A DNA stretch of 64,000 bases from an uncultured virus (IMG/VR IMGVR_UViG_3300044631_003060) (IMGVR_UViG_3300044631_003060), one strand, 5' to 3'. Shown: positions 9,633-18,983, counted from the stretch's first letter. The notes: generated from the sequence alone by a model not told the origin. A program made the numbers and translations.

Positions 9633-9852
9633 AGAAATATTAAACCCCATGGAAGTAGCGCAAAATTTGTTTGCTCAAAGCGTATTGGCATCCATCAAAG
9701 AAGTTGGAGAAGATGCTCAAAATAAAAAATACGAGCAAGTTGCTAAGGCTATGGAAGCGTTTATTGACAACGAAATTAACTTTTGGATACAAGTAAAAGC
9801 CGAATGGAACGCCTTGATGTCGATGGAGCAAAAAATTGACGATACGATATGA
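9625..9852 (+). CDS. Hypothetical protein
   Basis: Short overlap with the upstream gene. Confidence 0.55.
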   Translation: MSKEILNPMEVAQNLFAQSVLASIKEVGEDAQNKKYEQVAKAMEAFIDNEINFWIQVKAEWNALMSMEQKIDDTI

Positions 9853-9915
9853 TAGGATTTTTAAGGGCAATTATATATTTTTGTTTCGGGATTGATTAAA
9901 GTGGTTAATAATTGG

Positions 9916-9950
9916 CAATGGCTCTCCTAACGGGGGGCTATTGTTTTCTT
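9916..9950 (+). terminator. Hairpin with T-tract (terminator or attenuator)
   Basis: CAATGGCTCTCC-TAAC-GGGGGGCTATTG then TTTTCTT. Confidence 0.55.
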
Positions 9951-9960
9951 CAAGATACCC

Positions 9961-11016
9961 ATGGCTAAAAAGCAATTACTTAAATGGCAAAAAAAGCGTA
10001 ACTCAAGGTTGCGTTTCTATTCTAAAGTTGTAAAAGCAACGCGAAAAGAGATACTCGCGGCGGGATTAGATTTGCCATACAAGGATGCCCGAAAATTCAC
10101 ATCCGAGTTTGTTTATCCAATATTCAAAAACCAAAAAATAAGCAAGGTCAAGGTTGCGGATATTCGGGGATATGCCAAGGCGATAATCCAAGAGCAATTA
10201 AAAGTAAAACCACCACCGCCTAAAGAGCAATTTATTGACCCGCGCACCATATCCGAATTAGATGTTGCGGATATTCAATATTGGGAATTAGACGATTTCT
10301 TATCGGGTGCGGGCGATACTAACATTTATCAAAGCCGCGCCCTTCAAGGTGTACATAGTGGCAAAAACTTGAGGTTTGAAGTTATAGCGGGTGAAAACGA
10401 TAGGACGGGCGAACTCACGTTATTGCAATATGATGGCATAGGTTCGGGGGTAAGAGATATAGTTGAAAGAATAAGGGAAGCCGTACAAAATGCGTCTGGC
10501 CCATACTTCATGGGCATCGTAGGTCGCCGAGAGGGAATGACCGATGATAGCGACCCAAATAGCTATATCTTACAATTTATTTTATTTGTCAATGACCAAC
10601 CCGTAGTACCGCCCGACGAACAAGTTACACCAATACCACAAAAAGAACTCACCCAAGAGGAATACGAGGAATATCAAAGGGCAAGACGAGAGCAAATAAC
10701 AACCAAAGAAGAAGCCGAAGCGAGAAAAGAAGAAATACGCAAACAAAAAGCGCGTAGAACCGCTAAAAGACCAACTAAAAAAGTTGTGGCAAAAGAACCG
10801 CCACCACCGCCACCACCCAAAGAACCAAAGAAAAAAACAACAAGAGGCGATAGGGTTTTGAAACTTAACGAGCAAAAACTTAAAGAACTTGAGATGCTCC
10901 GCAAGGATTTAGATGATAAGATTATCAACAAGAAAGAATATAAAAAAGGGTTACAAAGAATACAAGAGCAATACGAGCAAGCGCTATCTAAACTCCAAAA
11001 AGGCGGCGTAGTGTGA
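9961..11016 (+). CDS. Hypothetical protein with basic termini, coiled coil and poly-Pro
   Basis: 351-aa ORF ending in LQKGGVV. Confidence 0.7.
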   Translation: MAKKQLLKWQKKRNSRLRFYSKVVKATRKEILAAGLDLPYKDARKFTSEFVYPIFKNQKISKVKVADIRGYAKAIIQEQLKVKPPPPKEQFIDPRTISELDVADIQYWELDDFLSGAGDTNIYQSRALQGVHSGKNLRFEVIAGENDRTGELTLLQYDGIGSGVRDIVERIREAVQNASGPYFMGIVGRREGMTDDSDPNSYILQFILFVNDQPVVPPDEQVTPIPQKELTQEEYEEYQRARREQITTKEEAEARKEEIRKQKARRTAKRPTKKVVAKEPPPPPPPKEPKKKTTRGDRVLKLNEQKLKELEMLRKDLDDKIINKKEYKKGLQRIQEQYEQALSKLQKGGVV

Positions 11017-11037
11017 TTGTGGAAAACTTAGTTAATG

Positions 11038-11073
11038 TTTTATTTTGGAAAATAAAATCTTTGTGTAAATTTG
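11038..11073 (+). promoter_or_regulatory. Promoter with 20-bp palindromic operator
   Basis: TTTTATTTTGGAAAATAAAA 11038-11057; TAAATTTG 11066-11073. Confidence 0.7.
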
Positions 11074-11089
11074 CTATAACACAACGCAC

Positions 11090-11326
11090 ATGACCAACAT
11101 ACGATTTCCCAAATTGACAAAGAAGCAAGCCTATTACTATATAAGCATGTTTCCTTATCAATCGGCTATCGTAACCGAAAAAGTCAAGCGCATACTTAAT
11201 CCCATGAACGAGAAGAACTTTGATTTTGCCGTGTTTATGAATAAGTTGTTTTGGAGCAAAGACATACATGTTCGTGCGGGGTATTTTCATATAAAAACAC
11301 TACTTGAAAAAAACAATACACTATGA
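11090..11326 (+). CDS. Hypothetical protein
   Basis: Follows a promoter; ATGA overlap with the next gene. Confidence 0.55.
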   Translation: MTNIRFPKLTKKQAYYYISMFPYQSAIVTEKVKRILNPMNEKNFDFAVFMNKLFWSKDIHVRAGYFHIKTLLEKNNTL

Positions 11327-11724
11327 GCAAAAAACCCATCTATGATTTGGTTAAAGGAATTTTAGCCGACAAGCCCGAAGCAAGGGACAACGACATGTAT
11401 TTATGTGCTATCGTTTGGTATAGACAAACGGGCAAAAAATACAACATTAACTCCCTTGCGCTTACCGACTTTTTTCACATTATGCGTAACTATAAAACTA
11501 ATGGCTTGTTGTCTTTTGAAACCATTAGCCGCCAAAGGCGATTAGTTCAAGAAGCATGCCCCGAATTGCGTGGCGAGGAATATGAAAAACGTCATAGAAA
11601 GCAAGAAGAGGTTAAGCAAGATTTGAAAGAAATCAAAACTAACGCCTTTTTTGCCGATGATAGCAAGCCAAACGAAGACTTGTTAAGTGGGCAAATGCAC
11701 CTATTTGGGCAAACACATGGCTAA
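11323..11724 (+). CDS. Phage hypothetical protein, possibly DNA-binding
   Basis: PEARDND..ETISRQRRLVQE..PELRG. Confidence 0.6.
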   Translation: MSKKPIYDLVKGILADKPEARDNDMYLCAIVWYRQTGKKYNINSLALTDFFHIMRNYKTNGLLSFETISRQRRLVQEACPELRGEEYEKRHRKQEEVKQDLKEIKTNAFFADDSKPNEDLLSGQMHLFGQTHG

Positions 11725-12469
11725 TAAGCAAGAGTTCAAAATCTTAGAGCGTAACACCAAGTTCGGACGAACACCCGAAAAAGTAATTAGTTTGCTTGAG
11801 CGCAACAAACGAAATTTTTTTGTTCGTGAAACTTCGTTTTTGACTACGCTTATTTATGACAATAAAGAAATTGTCTATACAAAGCGTAATAACAAATTTC
11901 CACCAAATCAATTATGGGTATTCCGAGTGGTAAGGCAAAATGCGGAAAAATACGCCGAGCAAATAGAGATGGGGAACGTGGAGTTCGTAATGCCGAACAA
12001 ATATCCCGTGAACCGCACTAATTTCAATTATGATGATAGTATAGGTGAAATTACGGGAACGGACATAAATAGTGCATATTGGACAATAGCACATAGAATG
12101 GGCATTATTAGCGAAGATTTGTATAGTAAGATAAGTAGCGAGCCTTTTAAGGTTGTGCGACTTGCCGCACTTGCGATATTGGGAAGAGATTTAGTTTACA
12201 AAGAGTACCAAGACGGATTGCCTATACCCGAAAAAAAGGTGGTATCGGGCAGTAAGTTACTAAAAGAATTTTACAAAGCTATACGCTATACTTGTTATCA
12301 ACACATGCACACCCTTGCCGAAATGCTTGGTGGTGAATTTGATGCCTACCGAACCGATTGTATCTACTATCGCAATACACCCGAAAACATTACGTTAGTA
12401 CACGACTACTTAAACCAACATGGCTTTTTTTACAAGCAATTAGAGTTTGAAGAAATACAAGAAAAATAA
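11717..12469 (+). CDS. Minimal family-B DNA polymerase-like protein (palm only)
   Basis: DINSAYW (motif A-like), RLAALAILG (motif B position), YRTDCIYY (motif C-like); no exonuclease domain. Confidence 0.55.
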   Translation: MANKQEFKILERNTKFGRTPEKVISLLERNKRNFFVRETSFLTTLIYDNKEIVYTKRNNKFPPNQLWVFRVVRQNAEKYAEQIEMGNVEFVMPNKYPVNRTNFNYDDSIGEITGTDINSAYWTIAHRMGIISEDLYSKISSEPFKVVRLAALAILGRDLVYKEYQDGLPIPEKKVVSGSKLLKEFYKAIRYTCYQHMHTLAEMLGGEFDAYRTDCIYYRNTPENITLVHDYLNQHGFFYKQLEFEEIQEK

Positions 12470-12475
12470 ATAAGA

Positions 12476-12512
12476 TTTTATTTTTGAAAATAAAACTTTT
12501 GTTTTATATTTG
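12476..12512 (+). promoter_or_regulatory. Promoter with 20-bp palindromic operator
   Basis: TTTTATTTTTGAAAATAAAA 12476-12495; TATATTTG 12505-12512; ATG at 12518. Confidence 0.7.
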
Positions 12513-12517
12513 CCAAT

Positions 12518-12934
12518 ATGAATACCAACATAAAACTTGATATAACAAAATTGAATGTTCACGAATTGCTTGACCAACCAACGCTTGTGTCATATCTTGG
12601 CAATGGCGTGGACGATATTATAGAGCGCAACCGCCCGTTTTACGATAGTTCGCGAGAAATATGTGTAAATGGGGTTTATTTTGCCCTAACATCGTTTACC
12701 GAAATGGGTGTAGAATTTAATGTTCTTTCATTGTACAAAAAATCTCCAAGGGCTAAGAAAACTTATCGTTATGCTTTTGGTGCTTATGACCCCGATAAAA
12801 ACGATTTGGTTTGGTTTTTTAATGCTCAACCTATTGCCGACAATAGAGAAATTGCGGTAAAAACTTTTGCGCCTTTAAGGTTGTGGTGCAAAGAAAATCA
12901 CCCTAATTATGTTCCATTTGCATACAAAAGATAA
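12518..12934 (+). CDS. Hypothetical protein
   Basis: Near-leaderless ORF after a promoter. Confidence 0.6.
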   Translation: MNTNIKLDITKLNVHELLDQPTLVSYLGNGVDDIIERNRPFYDSSREICVNGVYFALTSFTEMGVEFNVLSLYKKSPRAKKTYRYAFGAYDPDKNDLVWFFNAQPIADNREIAVKTFAPLRLWCKENHPNYVPFAYKR

Positions 12935-12937
12935 ATC

Positions 12938-13258
12938 ATGAGCCAAAAATATTTTGAATATGAATTTTCCCATGATGGGAACGAGTATTCGGTAAATTAC
13001 AATCGAGAAGAAGACACATATAAAATATTTGAGTTTTCGGATGTGGATTATAACAAAGAAGTTATGAGCGGTAGTGGTTTTCAAGATTTTATCACGGACA
13101 ACAACTACCTTGAAATGAGCGGAATGTCGTTAAACCCGTCCGACGGAGAATGGGAGGAAGACACCTATTATATTACCTTGGAGATGTTTTTGGATGATTA
13201 TTTTCACATGCGTCAAGCATTTCGTGATATGTATGTTGATAGCACAAACAAATCATGA
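12938..13258 (+). CDS. Acidic hypothetical protein
   Basis: D/E/Y-rich, 106 aa. Confidence 0.6.
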   Translation: MSQKYFEYEFSHDGNEYSVNYNREEDTYKIFEFSDVDYNKEVMSGSGFQDFITDNNYLEMSGMSLNPSDGEWEEDTYYITLEMFLDDYFHMRQAFRDMYVDSTNKS

Positions 13259-13824
13259 TTGCAAACATAAAAAATAAGGGTAGCCACGACATTGGCTACC
13301 CTTATATGAACAACACGACCAACACTTGCACAAAGCAAAGGTTTGGACATGCCAAATTTAAGAAAGAAATGCAAGAAATTTATTTATCGCTACTTGACGA
13401 TGTGGCGTTTATACGCAACGCATTAGAAAATCCGCTAAATCTACCGAAGGATATGCCCGCGTTAATAAAATTAGTCGAGTTGCTAAAACGAAAATACGAT
13501 GATTTCTCAAAAAGCGCTTATGGCGATGTTGCCATATTTCATATCAATAATTTAGAAGATGAGTTAGCCAACATGACTATTAAATTTTACAAATATTACT
13601 TTCGGGACATAGAAAAACCGATTATTATAGAAGCACTATCCAAGCAATCGGCTAATCATGCGATACAGCAAATTATGCCGCAACTTGAAGAAAAAGGATA
13701 CAAACTTCAAAACATTGTAGATGTGCGTATCGAACAACCAATCCCTGGCGTTAGCACCAAAAAGCACCAAGGCAAAAATTTCATTTGGACTACCGAGGGG
13801 TGGATAGAGAATAGCATACAATGA
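13255..13824 (+). CDS. Hypothetical protein
   Basis: ATGA overlaps on both sides; start uncertain. Confidence 0.6.
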   Translation: MIANIKNKGSHDIGYPYMNNTTNTCTKQRFGHAKFKKEMQEIYLSLLDDVAFIRNALENPLNLPKDMPALIKLVELLKRKYDDFSKSAYGDVAIFHINNLEDELANMTIKFYKYYFRDIEKPIIIEALSKQSANHAIQQIMPQLEEKGYKLQNIVDVRIEQPIPGVSTKKHQGKNFIWTTEGWIENSIQ

Positions 13825-14612
13825 AAAACATAAAAATTAGCCAATCGCTTATGAAAGGATTGAGCGAATATGTGCAAGGGTATGAATGTGGTATTGCATT
13901 TAGGGAAATGTATATAAACAAAACTATTTCCAAACCACCAACGGATGCCATGAAACTTGGTATTTATTTTGAATATATGGCTACGGGCGCTTTACCGCGT
14001 AGCGGCGAAGTACCTCAACCCGAATTAGTTTTTAAGGGAAAGGCTAATGAGCGTCTGGCTACCGATTATGAAAGAGCAAATGCAAGTGCCGAGTATTTTA
14101 AAACGCTTATGAAAGTTTGGGATATTGAGATTGTGCATACCAACTTTACCATGGAAACCGATGCTATGAAAGGTATTGCCGATTTAGTAGTAAATTGGAA
14201 TGGAAAGCCCGCTATTATAGATTTAAAATACACGGGTTTGATTGACGACAAGTGGTCGGATAGCGGTTGGCACAAAGATTTTTTGCAAGAGAAAGACAAT
14301 CTTATGGTACAAGGGGTAATGTATAAGTTGCTCGCCAAAGAGTGTTTGGGTATTGACGATATTGATTTTTACTTTTGGGTATTCGATAGCAAAAACCCGC
14401 TTAATGTTCGCATAATACACGAAAACGTGGAAGATAGTAGGTTTGATACCCATACCGAAGCGGTAAGACAAGCAAAACTATTTATTGACAATCGCTTAAA
14501 ACATGACGATTGGACACCGCGTCCCGAACTTTTGCGTTGCTCAAAATGCCCACACAAACCTAATTGCGAATTTGCGGTAGACACACCCGCGATAGAAGAA
14601 GTTTATTATTAA
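13821..14612 (+). CDS. PD-(D/E)XK exonuclease (RecE/Cas4-like recombination nuclease)
   Basis: KGIADL..IIDLKYT..QGVMY, C-terminal CSKCPHKPNC; upstream of recT. Confidence 0.75.
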   Translation: MKNIKISQSLMKGLSEYVQGYECGIAFREMYINKTISKPPTDAMKLGIYFEYMATGALPRSGEVPQPELVFKGKANERLATDYERANASAEYFKTLMKVWDIEIVHTNFTMETDAMKGIADLVVNWNGKPAIIDLKYTGLIDDKWSDSGWHKDFLQEKDNLMVQGVMYKLLAKECLGIDDIDFYFWVFDSKNPLNVRIIHENVEDSRFDTHTEAVRQAKLFIDNRLKHDDWTPRPELLRCSKCPHKPNCEFAVDTPAIEEVYY

Positions 14613-14617
14613 TATAT

Positions 14618-14806
14618 ATGACACCACAAGAAAAAGCCCTTGCATGGGAAAACGAAGTTGGTAGAACGCAAGCCATTATAGATTGCAAACGCGCCATAGA
14701 GAAACTTGATATACACATGGATAAGCATGGTTTTACGCCAAATGACCTTGCCGCCATGAGGGAATATAAAGAAATACTCAAACACCTACAAAATAAAACA
14801 ACATAA
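14618..14806 (+). CDS. Hypothetical protein
   Basis: Fills the gap between exonuclease and recT. Confidence 0.5.
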   Translation: MTPQEKALAWENEVGRTQAIIDCKRAIEKLDIHMDKHGFTPNDLAAMREYKEILKHLQNKTT

Positions 14807-14808
14807 CC

Positions 14809-15672
14809 ATGGACAATAAAAACATCATTTCCAAATTTCAAAGCACACTTTCTCTTTACGAGGGCAAAGTGCTTACCGAACTACTTGCTCAACACGGCAT
14901 GCGCCCAGCACAATTCACACAAATTGTGCTTACCGAGATTAAAAAATCACCCAAAATGCTTGAGGCGTTTCAAAACAACCCATCTTCGCTATTTGCAAGT
15001 ATATTGCATTGTGCCGAAATTGGATTGTCGCCAAGTCAAGAAGTAGGAGAGTTTTACTTTATCCCTTTCAAGGGAAACATTAAACCCATGATTGGGTATA
15101 AAGGATTGTGTAACCTTATCATGCGTGGGAATAGTGTTAAATACATACATGCCGAATGTGTGCATAGAGGCGATGATTTTGAATGGGAACTTGGCTTATA
15201 CCCCAAACTTGAACACCGCCCCAAAAACCTTGTAAGAAATAGCACAACCCTTACCCATGTTTACGCAATAGCAAGGCTTACTAATGGCGAAAATATTTTT
15301 AAGGTAATGAGCGTGCAAGAAATACGCGCAATTATGGGTACATTGAAGCAAGTAAACGAACTTTACTTTGACGACAATAAAGACCCGATGATGTGGATGC
15401 CCAAAAAAACTTGCATAAAGCAACTTGCTAAACTATTGCCAAAAGATTATTACCAAAGTAAAGCATTAGCTATTGACGACAACGTAGAGGGCGGTGCTTT
15501 TCTAACGCTTGATGAAGACAACAAGCCAATTATTGTGCAACAAGCAAAACCCATTCGGGCAACAAAAAAAACAAATTTATACGCCGCATTGAGTAATTTA
15601 TCTCAAGATGGTGTAGATTTGCAAAACGCGGAAACGGACGTAAGTAATGAACTTGCCGAAGAAACGCAATAA
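14809..15672 (+). CDS. recT: RecT-family single-strand annealing protein
   Basis: SLFASILHCAEIGLSP..FYFIPFKG..MIGYKGL..VHRGDDFE..MPKKTCIKQLAKLLP. Confidence 0.85.
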   Translation: MDNKNIISKFQSTLSLYEGKVLTELLAQHGMRPAQFTQIVLTEIKKSPKMLEAFQNNPSSLFASILHCAEIGLSPSQEVGEFYFIPFKGNIKPMIGYKGLCNLIMRGNSVKYIHAECVHRGDDFEWELGLYPKLEHRPKNLVRNSTTLTHVYAIARLTNGENIFKVMSVQEIRAIMGTLKQVNELYFDDNKDPMMWMPKKTCIKQLAKLLPKDYYQSKALAIDDNVEGGAFLTLDEDNKPIIVQQAKPIRATKKTNLYAALSNLSQDGVDLQNAETDVSNELAEETQ

Positions 15673-15714
15673 TTTGTTCTACCATATTGGCGACTGCTCG
15701 CAAAAAGATTTACC

Positions 15715-15742
15715 AAAAAGGCGGAATTACCCGCCTTTTTTT
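15715..15742. terminator. Bidirectional intrinsic terminator
   Basis: AAAAAGGCGG-AATTAC-CCGCCTTTTTTT between convergent genes. Confidence 0.8.
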
Positions 15743-15869
15743 ATTGAACAACTATTTATATTAAATATCCAATACTTTGTACTTTTTAAGTGAAAAAAAT
15801 ACAATAAAGTGAAATCAAGTGTTAATTAAATTGTATTTCTACACCATGAAAAATACAAATTATTTTACT

Positions 15870-16670
15870 TTATTGTAGTTTTCCGTAAAACTTTTTGAAA
15901 TGCTCTATCCTATCTTGCAATCCATTATGACCCCCGTTTACTCTACGGGTAACTTCTCCCACAACGGCATCGCTACTACCCTTATCGCAAATTGTCCATA
16001 ACGAGTTTACATGGAAAAACCATGCGGCGCTCATCATTGGATATTTTGTTGCCACTAAATCGGGATTGGAAATAATATCTTCATTAACAAAAGCGTCAAA
16101 TGCCTTGTAATTGTTTTTGCCCGTGAGTTGGATATATCCTCTACCGCGATATGTGTATCCTTCTTTTGTTGCTTCCGCACCATTACCCATTCTTGCGCCA
16201 TATACCCTTGAAGCAATTAATTCGGGCTTCCATGCGTATGTGTCCGCAAGAGATTTTGTCGGAAAATACGTTGGGAAAACACGCATAAGACCCGCGCTAT
16301 CATAGTTCAAGTTTTCCATTGTCAAACGGAAATTTCCGCTTTCATGAGAGCATTGAGCAAGGAAGTGAGCCAACCTCAATGGGTTTGTTATGTTAAATTT
16401 TTTTGCCACATCGGGTATTTGCAACAAAACATTATCGGGTATTGCGCCTCGCAAGTTGGCAAGTTTGAAAGGGCTATCGGGAATAGCTATTGGAAACATT
16501 TTAGACCATGTTGCGCTACCTATAATCCCGTCATCAAGCAATCCATTTTCTTTTTGCCACTTTTTTACCGCTAATTCGGTATTATTACCAAAATCTCCAT
16601 CGGGGTCAAGACCAAGTAACTTTTGTACTTGCTTAACCGCCTCTCCGTTTGAACCTTTTTTTATTATCAT
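15870..16670 (-). CDS. Endolysin: peptidoglycan-binding domain plus GH19-family catalytic domain
   Basis: KGSNGEAVKQVQ..DGDFG..TELAVKKWQ..DGIIG; HFLAQCSHESGNF..ENLNY..YRGRGYIQLTGKNNY..TRRVNGGHNGL. Confidence 0.9.
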   Translation of the reverse strand: MIIKKGSNGEAVKQVQKLLGLDPDGDFGNNTELAVKKWQKENGLLDDGIIGSATWSKMFPIAIPDSPFKLANLRGAIPDNVLLQIPDVAKKFNITNPLRLAHFLAQCSHESGNFRLTMENLNYDSAGLMRVFPTYFPTKSLADTYAWKPELIASRVYGARMGNGAEATKEGYTYRGRGYIQLTGKNNYKAFDAFVNEDIISNPDLVATKYPMMSAAWFFHVNSLWTICDKGSSDAVVGEVTRRVNGGHNGLQDRIEHFKKFYGKLQ

Positions 16671-16671
16671 T

Positions 16672-16962
16672 TTATTCGGGGGTTTGTTCGTTAATTTCTT
16701 GTGTGATTTCCATTGTGTCTTTTTTGTCCTTCTTGTTAAGCCACTTGTCAACAGAGGCTATACCAAAAGCACCCAACACGATAACCATAAATCCATCAAA
16801 GATAAATTCGTTTATCACCAAGGGTTTTCCAAAATAGCCCGTTACCAAGTCCACTATCAATGCTACACATAGCATGAAAAAAGCAATAACGCCGACAACA
16901 GCTTTTTCGTTTATGCTGTTATTGTCGTCAAATAGTTGTTTAAAAAAGTTGATTATTTTCAT
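16672..16962 (-). CDS. Putative holin
   Basis: Two TM segments, charged C-terminus, directly upstream of the endolysin. Confidence 0.6.
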   Translation of the reverse strand: MKIINFFKQLFDDNNSINEKAVVGVIAFFMLCVALIVDLVTGYFGKPLVINEFIFDGFMVIVLGAFGIASVDKWLNKKDKKDTMEITQEINEQTPE

Positions 16963-16980
16963 AGTTTATTTTTTATTTTT

Positions 16981-18102
16981 TTATTTCTTATTTTGTTTAT
17001 CAGCATTGTCTTGTGTGGCATATTTTATGCCCATAATTGTACCGACTATTGAAAACGCATTTGTCAACAAAACACTAAACATGTTACTCCAAGTAGAGCC
17101 TATTATTTGTGTATCTTCCTTCGTTACAATAGCAACCCAATATAGTATAGTTGTTACAATACCAACACCGATTATTACCGCCAAAGCGCACTTTACAATT
17201 ACTTTTATCAGTTCGCTTTGCCCTTTTTTTATTATTACGTCTAAATCATTTAAAGCGTTATTTTTTTCAATTTCTATTGCATCTTTTAGTTTCTCTGAAT
17301 TTTTTAGTTCAATCGTTAAATTTTCTGTGAGTTCATCGACTTTTTTCTTATTGGTTACGGCATCGGTGACATCAGTTGCAATTTTTACCACCTCCGTAAT
17401 ATTCCCTTTACTATCGAAAACAGGATTGTAACTTGCTTGTAAATAGACCAAAGAGCCATCTACTTTTTTTCTTTCAAATACGCCATCAAAGAACTTACCC
17501 TTTCGTAAATTTTCCCAAAATTTAATGTACTCATCCGACTTTGAATATTCATAACTTACAAAAAGACTGTGATGCTTTCCAATGACTTTATCCTTTTCAT
17601 TGAATTTATACCCCATAGTTTCTAAAAAAATAGAATTTACATCAAGTATGAAACCATCAACATTAAAACTAATAATTGCGGTGCTTCGGTTTATTGCGTC
17701 TATTTGTTTCTTGCTATTGACAATCGGGGTAATGTCAGTAGCAATTTTCATTATTTTGGTAATCTTACCATCTTCTTGAAAAATAGGGTTATAGGTAGCT
17801 TGTAGGTTAATTAGACTTCCATCTTTTCTTCTTCTTTCAAACTCTCCTTGATAGTGTTTACCGCTTCTTAATATATCCCAAAATTTTTCATATTCTATTG
17901 ATTTTGCGTAATCTTCACACACAAAAGTGCTATGGTGCTTACCAATAAGTTCTTCGTGGTTAGCTTTGCCATACCCCATAGCCTCCAAAAAAATGTCATT
18001 GACACCTAATATAATGCCCGACAAATCAAAATATATAATAGCGTTGCTTCTATTAATAGCCTCAAGACGGCTTAATAATTCTTCTTTTGATAGGTTTCTC
18101 AT
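16981..18102 (-). CDS. Tandem PAS-domain protein with two C-terminal TM helices
   Basis: Two repeats of AINRS.AII.F..G.IL.VN.IFLE.MGY..IGKHHS.FV..FW..LR.G..G.FER...DGS...LQA.YNP..KIATD (BdlA/Aer-type PAS-PAC); then coiled coil and 2 TM. Confidence 0.85.
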   Translation of the reverse strand: MRNLSKEELLSRLEAINRSNAIIYFDLSGIILGVNDIFLEAMGYGKANHEELIGKHHSTFVCEDYAKSIEYEKFWDILRSGKHYQGEFERRRKDGSLINLQATYNPIFQEDGKITKIMKIATDITPIVNSKKQIDAINRSTAIISFNVDGFILDVNSIFLETMGYKFNEKDKVIGKHHSLFVSYEYSKSDEYIKFWENLRKGKFFDGVFERKKVDGSLVYLQASYNPVFDSKGNITEVVKIATDVTDAVTNKKKVDELTENLTIELKNSEKLKDAIEIEKNNALNDLDVIIKKGQSELIKVIVKCALAVIIGVGIVTTILYWVAIVTKEDTQIIGSTWSNMFSVLLTNAFSIVGTIMGIKYATQDNADKQNKK

Positions 18103-18983
18103 AAAGTTCCTGTGTAATCGAAATTACCAAACTCTAATGTGTCGTTGGTCGTTGTTAATATTGGGTCGCCCGCAAAATCGTATGTAATCCAAAACAACCC
18201 TAATCCCGTACGTACGCTTAATGCCGTAGCCCATGATTGTGCGGTATTAAAAGAGCCGTATAGTTGTGCTAATTTGTAAGTTGGCTCTCCAACTTTTTTA
18301 TATTCAAGCGTAAAACTTGATACACTATATGGTTCGGGTGCAAATGTATTCCAAAAATATGCCGTTTGCGCGTTTGAAGATTGTGCATAGGTGTCCGCCG
18401 CACCCCCAAGAAGAGAAACTACTATTGGTGCGGGCGTACCCGCAACATTAAGCCTATTTTGTATAGATAATTGAATAAGCAGGTTTCTTTGAGTTATATT
18501 AGCGCCCGCTTCTCTTTGAGGAAAATCGGCTAAATAATCGTAATGTTGTAGTGCTTCAAAGTTCGTAGGGCTATCAAGCATCAAATTATTTATACTTTGT
18601 TCCTCTAATGAAAACACAAAAAATACGTTTTCGGATGGCAATATTGTTGCCACAAAAACTTGCAATCCATTAAAAGTTAAAGTTTCTCTTTGTTCATGGT
18701 CTATAACTTGAGAATTTATAGCCGATATTTTTTGGTAAGGGTCTACAATAGGTACGAATTGCTTTAGTTCAAAAATGCCTCTACGATTGTTTTTTTCAAG
18801 CGTTACGGGTTCTAATAATTGCGGTATCGTGTTAGATTTCATATACAATCCGTCTAATCCAAATTGATACCCTTGACCAATAGATTGTTGTATTGTATCA
18901 TAGTCAATTTGACCACCCGATTTAACTATAATCCATGGTAGTCCATCTCCCGTATTTACTATTGATGGCGCTATTATTGGCAT
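18099..18983 (-). CDS. Paralog of candidate major capsid protein (minor capsid protein?)
   Basis: LYMKSNTIPQLLEPV..FVPIVDPYQKIS aligns with TYIQSATANQVLESI..FVPTIDPYQFQS of 41223-41921. Confidence 0.55.
   Translation of the reverse strand: MPIIAPSIVNTGDGLPWIIVKSGGQIDYDTIQQSIGQGYQFGLDGLYMKSNTIPQLLEPVTLEKNNRRGIFELKQFVPIVDPYQKISAINSQVIDHEQRETLTFNGLQVFVATILPSENVFFVFSLEEQSINNLMLDSPTNFEALQHYDYLADFPQREAGANITQRNLLIQLSIQNRLNVAGTPAPIVVSLLGGAADTYAQSSNAQTAYFWNTFAPEPYSVSSFTLEYKKVGEPTYKLAQLYGSFNTAQSWATALSVRTGLGLFWITYDFAGDPILTTTNDTLEFGNFDYTGTL

Noticed and set aside
9961..11016. Possible terminal protein for protein-primed replication
   Set aside because: Based only on basic composition and proximity to the PolB-like gene; no recognisable motif
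13821..14612. CRISPR-associated Cas4
   Set aside because: No cas genes or array nearby; position beside recT fits a recombination exonuclease
15743..15869. AT-rich gap at the strand convergence as a possible replication origin
   Set aside because: Only short AAAATACAA-like repeats; not distinguishable from background in an AT-rich genome
16390..17431. Plus-strand ORFs of 160 and 185 aa
   Set aside because: Antisense to the clearly recognisable endolysin, holin and PAS genes
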